Origin: a phage | Assembly (NCBI GenBank): GCA_026204955.1 | Contig: GCA_026204955.1_4545.1 | Direction: 5' to 3' (one strand) | Length of the DNA: 44,324 nucleotides | Shown here: positions 42,593-44,324 of the stretch, one piece after another | How the letters are laid out: each line of letters opens with the position of its first letter | How positions within the stretch are numbered: the first letter of the stretch is position 1 | Notes under the pieces: generated by a model | Seen by the model: the letters and a program-made list of their open reading frames with translations, nothing else | What the model was told of the DNA's origin: nothing | Databases searched by the model: none | Translations under genes and position numbers: made by a program

Positions 42593-43309
42593 ATGGGTTA
42601 TCAGCTTCCCAACGGGTCCAGCGTCCAGATTGGGTCCGTATTAGGCAAAGGCATCGCGGTTACGGCAGCGACTAACGTCGCCGCGTCAATCACTGACAAA
42701 ACGAAAGGTTGCATTATCACCTGCGCAACCTCTCATGGTCTGGTAGTGGGCGACGTGGTGATGTTCACTAAAACTCCGTGGGTCCGTGCGCTTAACCGCG
42801 CGTTCATCGTTGGTAAAGTGGAGACTAACTCCATTACGCTAGCGGGATTCGACACCTCGGATGAGACAAAATATCCGGCGGGCGCTTTTGCAGTTGGCAC
42901 TCCTGGCGAAGTGGTTAAGGTGTCGGGCTTTATTGACTTCCCGTACATCACTAACGTTGCCGTGTCTGGCGGGGACCAGCAGACGACTACCTTCCAGCCG
43001 TTGCAGCTTAACACCGCAATCAGCATTAACACTACGAAAAATCCGTGGGTGCAGACTTTCACCTTCACCCATGACGTGGAAGACCCGATCCGCCCAATTC
43101 TGGAAGACCTGGATGAAACACAGAAAACCACTGTGATCCAGTTCACTAACCCCGCGGCAGCAAGCGGCAAAGGTGAAATTCGTATTTACCCGGCGAAGGT
43201 ATCTTTCCAGAAGATTCCGTCCGCTGAAGTAAATAACGTGGAGACGGTGCAAGTAACTTTGACCATGCAGGCGGATATGGTCATCTACCTCAAAAGTTTG
43301 GGCGCTTAA
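42593..43309 (+). CDS. major tail protein (lambda V-like)
   Basis: 238 aa, Thr/Val/Gly-rich beta protein preceding the G/GT chaperone pair; followed by a hairpin terminator as in lambdoid V-G junctions. Confidence 0.6.
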   Translation: MGYQLPNGSSVQIGSVLGKGIAVTAATNVAASITDKTKGCIITCATSHGLVVGDVVMFTKTPWVRALNRAFIVGKVETNSITLAGFDTSDETKYPAGAFAVGTPGEVVKVSGFIDFPYITNVAVSGGDQQTTTFQPLQLNTAISINTTKNPWVQTFTFTHDVEDPIRPILEDLDETQKTTVIQFTNPAAASGKGEIRIYPAKVSFQKIPSAEVNNVETVQVTLTMQADMVIYLKSLGA

Positions 43310-43326
43310 ATAGCAAGTGTTAATAT

Positions 43327-43349
43327 GGGGCCAGCACGGCCCCTTTTTT
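43327..43349 (+). terminator. terminator or attenuator between major tail and chaperone G genes
   Basis: GGGGCC-agcac-GGCCCC followed by T6. Confidence 0.55.
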
Positions 43350-43365
43350 ATTGGAGAATATTACA

Positions 43366-43728
43366 ATGGCTAAAACACCACTCTTCACACTAGACCCTAA
43401 GCCGACCTTTAAGCTGCCGATTGAGATCCCGCGCCCTGGTGAGAACGAACCGGGCAAGATGACGTTTACCGTCCGCCACCGCCCGATTGACGAGTTTTCG
43501 CAGACCATGCAGGAAACGGAACGAAAGCTGTCTGAATATGACGACAACGACCCTGATGGCTTTAACGTTATGGTTGAAGCCATCATGCACGTCGCTGAAG
43601 GCTGGAACCTGCCGGACCAATTCAACGCTGAGAACGTCCGCCGCCTGGTAGTAAACTACCCGCGCGCTTTCGGCGTGTTTCACACCTCGTACTATCTCGA
43701 ACTGATGGGATTGCGTGAAAAAAACTAA
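43366..43728 (+). CDS. tail assembly chaperone G
   Basis: Preferred ATG 43366 (MAKTPLFTL; GGAG RBS) within track ORF 43351-43728; ends with slippery A-run just before stop. Confidence 0.6.
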   Translation: MAKTPLFTLDPKPTFKLPIEIPRPGENEPGKMTFTVRHRPIDEFSQTMQETERKLSEYDDNDPDGFNVMVEAIMHVAEGWNLPDQFNAENVRRLVVNYPRAFGVFHTSYYLELMGLREKN

Positions 43729-44042
43729 TTGAGGCGGCGCGGCGCTTTTATGGTCCGCCGCCACCCTCAGAATATTTAGCCGCAAGTTTATGGGGAGCGG
43801 CGCCAGAAGATGTATATCCCCCAGTTGCGCTATGGCCCGACAATGCGAAGGTAGTGGCTGTATTTGCTGATTGTTCCACGCAATGGCGCACTGGATTCGG
43901 TGGCGCATACGGCATCGACTACGGTGTTCTGGAATGGTTGTTTAAGATGCACGGCATCGAAAACGAGCAACGAGCGTTTAAAGATATAAAGCTGATGGAA
44001 CGAATCGCGCTCGAGGAAATGGCGCAACAAAACCCCGCATAA
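43366..44042 (+). CDS. tail assembly chaperone GT fusion (programmed -1 frameshift product)
   Basis: Heptamer A AAA AAC at 43719-43725 in the G frame; the -1 frame is open from 43722 to TAA 44040-44042 and encodes ...WPDNAKVVAVFADCSTQWRTGFGGAYGIDYGVLEWLFKMHG..., a gpT-like tail. Confidence 0.5.
43719..43725 (+). other. slippery heptamer for -1 programmed ribosomal frameshift (G to GT)
   Basis: A AAA AAC in the G frame, 1 nt before the G stop codon; downstream -1 frame open for about 105 codons. Confidence 0.5.
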
Positions 44043-44046
44043 TGAG

Positions 44047-44312
44047 GCGGGACAGGCGGGACGTCCCCGTTTCGTCCCGCTTGTCCCGCCCCTGTAAAAC
44101 TGCATACTTACTCACTTTATTTGCTTAAATTAAAAGCGGGACAGGCGGGACGTCCCGGTCCGACACCCCCTGAAAAGTGCTTACTTATGCATTTTTAGTG
44201 CATAAAACAAACGGGACAAAAAGCGGGACAGACCAGGGGCGGGACAAATCGGGACGTCCCGCCGTCCCCATCAGTGTTGCCGGGGGTTTCAGCCGATCGG
44301 GACAGCGGGACA
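44047..44312. repeat. iteron array B: GCGGGACA / GGGACGTCCC repeats, paralogous to array A
   Basis: GCGGGACA at 44047, 44136, 44223, 44239, 44305 plus variants; palindromes GGGACGTCCC at 44058, 44147, 44251; inverted TGTCCCGCC at 44082-44090; block 44205-44324 aligns with 27830-27950. Confidence 0.6.
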
Positions 44313-44324
44313 ACACCCCAGTCT

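Noticed and set aside
1-44324. Lysogeny module (integrase, CI-like repressor, attP) or tRNA genes
   Set aside because: No ORF with integrase/recombinase or repressor motifs and no tRNA-like structure recognised by eye; a tRNA scan was not run.

Overview
This window reads as a complete or near-complete genome of a tailed dsDNA phage (siphovirus-like), with no integrase or repressor seen, so probably virulent. All calls are from reading the ORF track and sequence by eye; no database search was run. Layout: (1) 68-8924 (+) lambda-like tail module (tape measure, M/L/K/I/J-like). (2) 8953-10142 (-) a two-gene lipoprotein plus beta-helix-like cassette with its own promoter, between J and the tail fibre. 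(3) 10223-12538 (+) tail fibre with a C-terminal chaperone-like domain. (4) 12565-24727 (-) long leftward operon: accessory genes (PD-(D/E)XK-like nuclease, HAD phosphatase, Dam-type methyltransferase, HNH-like, C5-methyltransferase-like) and a replication module (SNF2-like helicase, VRR-NUC, family-A DNA polymerase, DUF2815-like, Cas4-like nuclease), headed by an acidic/lysine-rich repeat protein. (5) 24728-25130 divergent promoter region. (6) 25131-27735 (+) HTH protein and primase/helicase. (7) 27736-28215 non-coding region with GCGGGACA iterons. (8) 28216-31558 (+) small early genes, holin, GH24 endolysin. (9) 31677-37504 (+) HTH-metallophosphoesterase, terminase small/large, portal, head morphogenesis protein. 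(10) 37497-37938 (+) overlapped Rz/Rz1 spanins. (11) 37957-38469 (-) a lone truncated beta sliding-clamp homologue. (12) 38617-44042 (+) scaffold, capsid, head-tail joining, major tail, G/GT chaperone with a -1 frameshift site. (13) 44043-44324 a second GCGGGACA iteron region paralogous to (7). Most worth a second look: the clamp fragment, the two iteron arrays, the antisense cassette between J and the tail fibre, the HTH-metallophosphoesterase next to terminase, the charged-repeat early proteins, a recurring TTGGTTGCA promoter/operator motif, and an in-frame amber codon in the methyltransferase-like gene.
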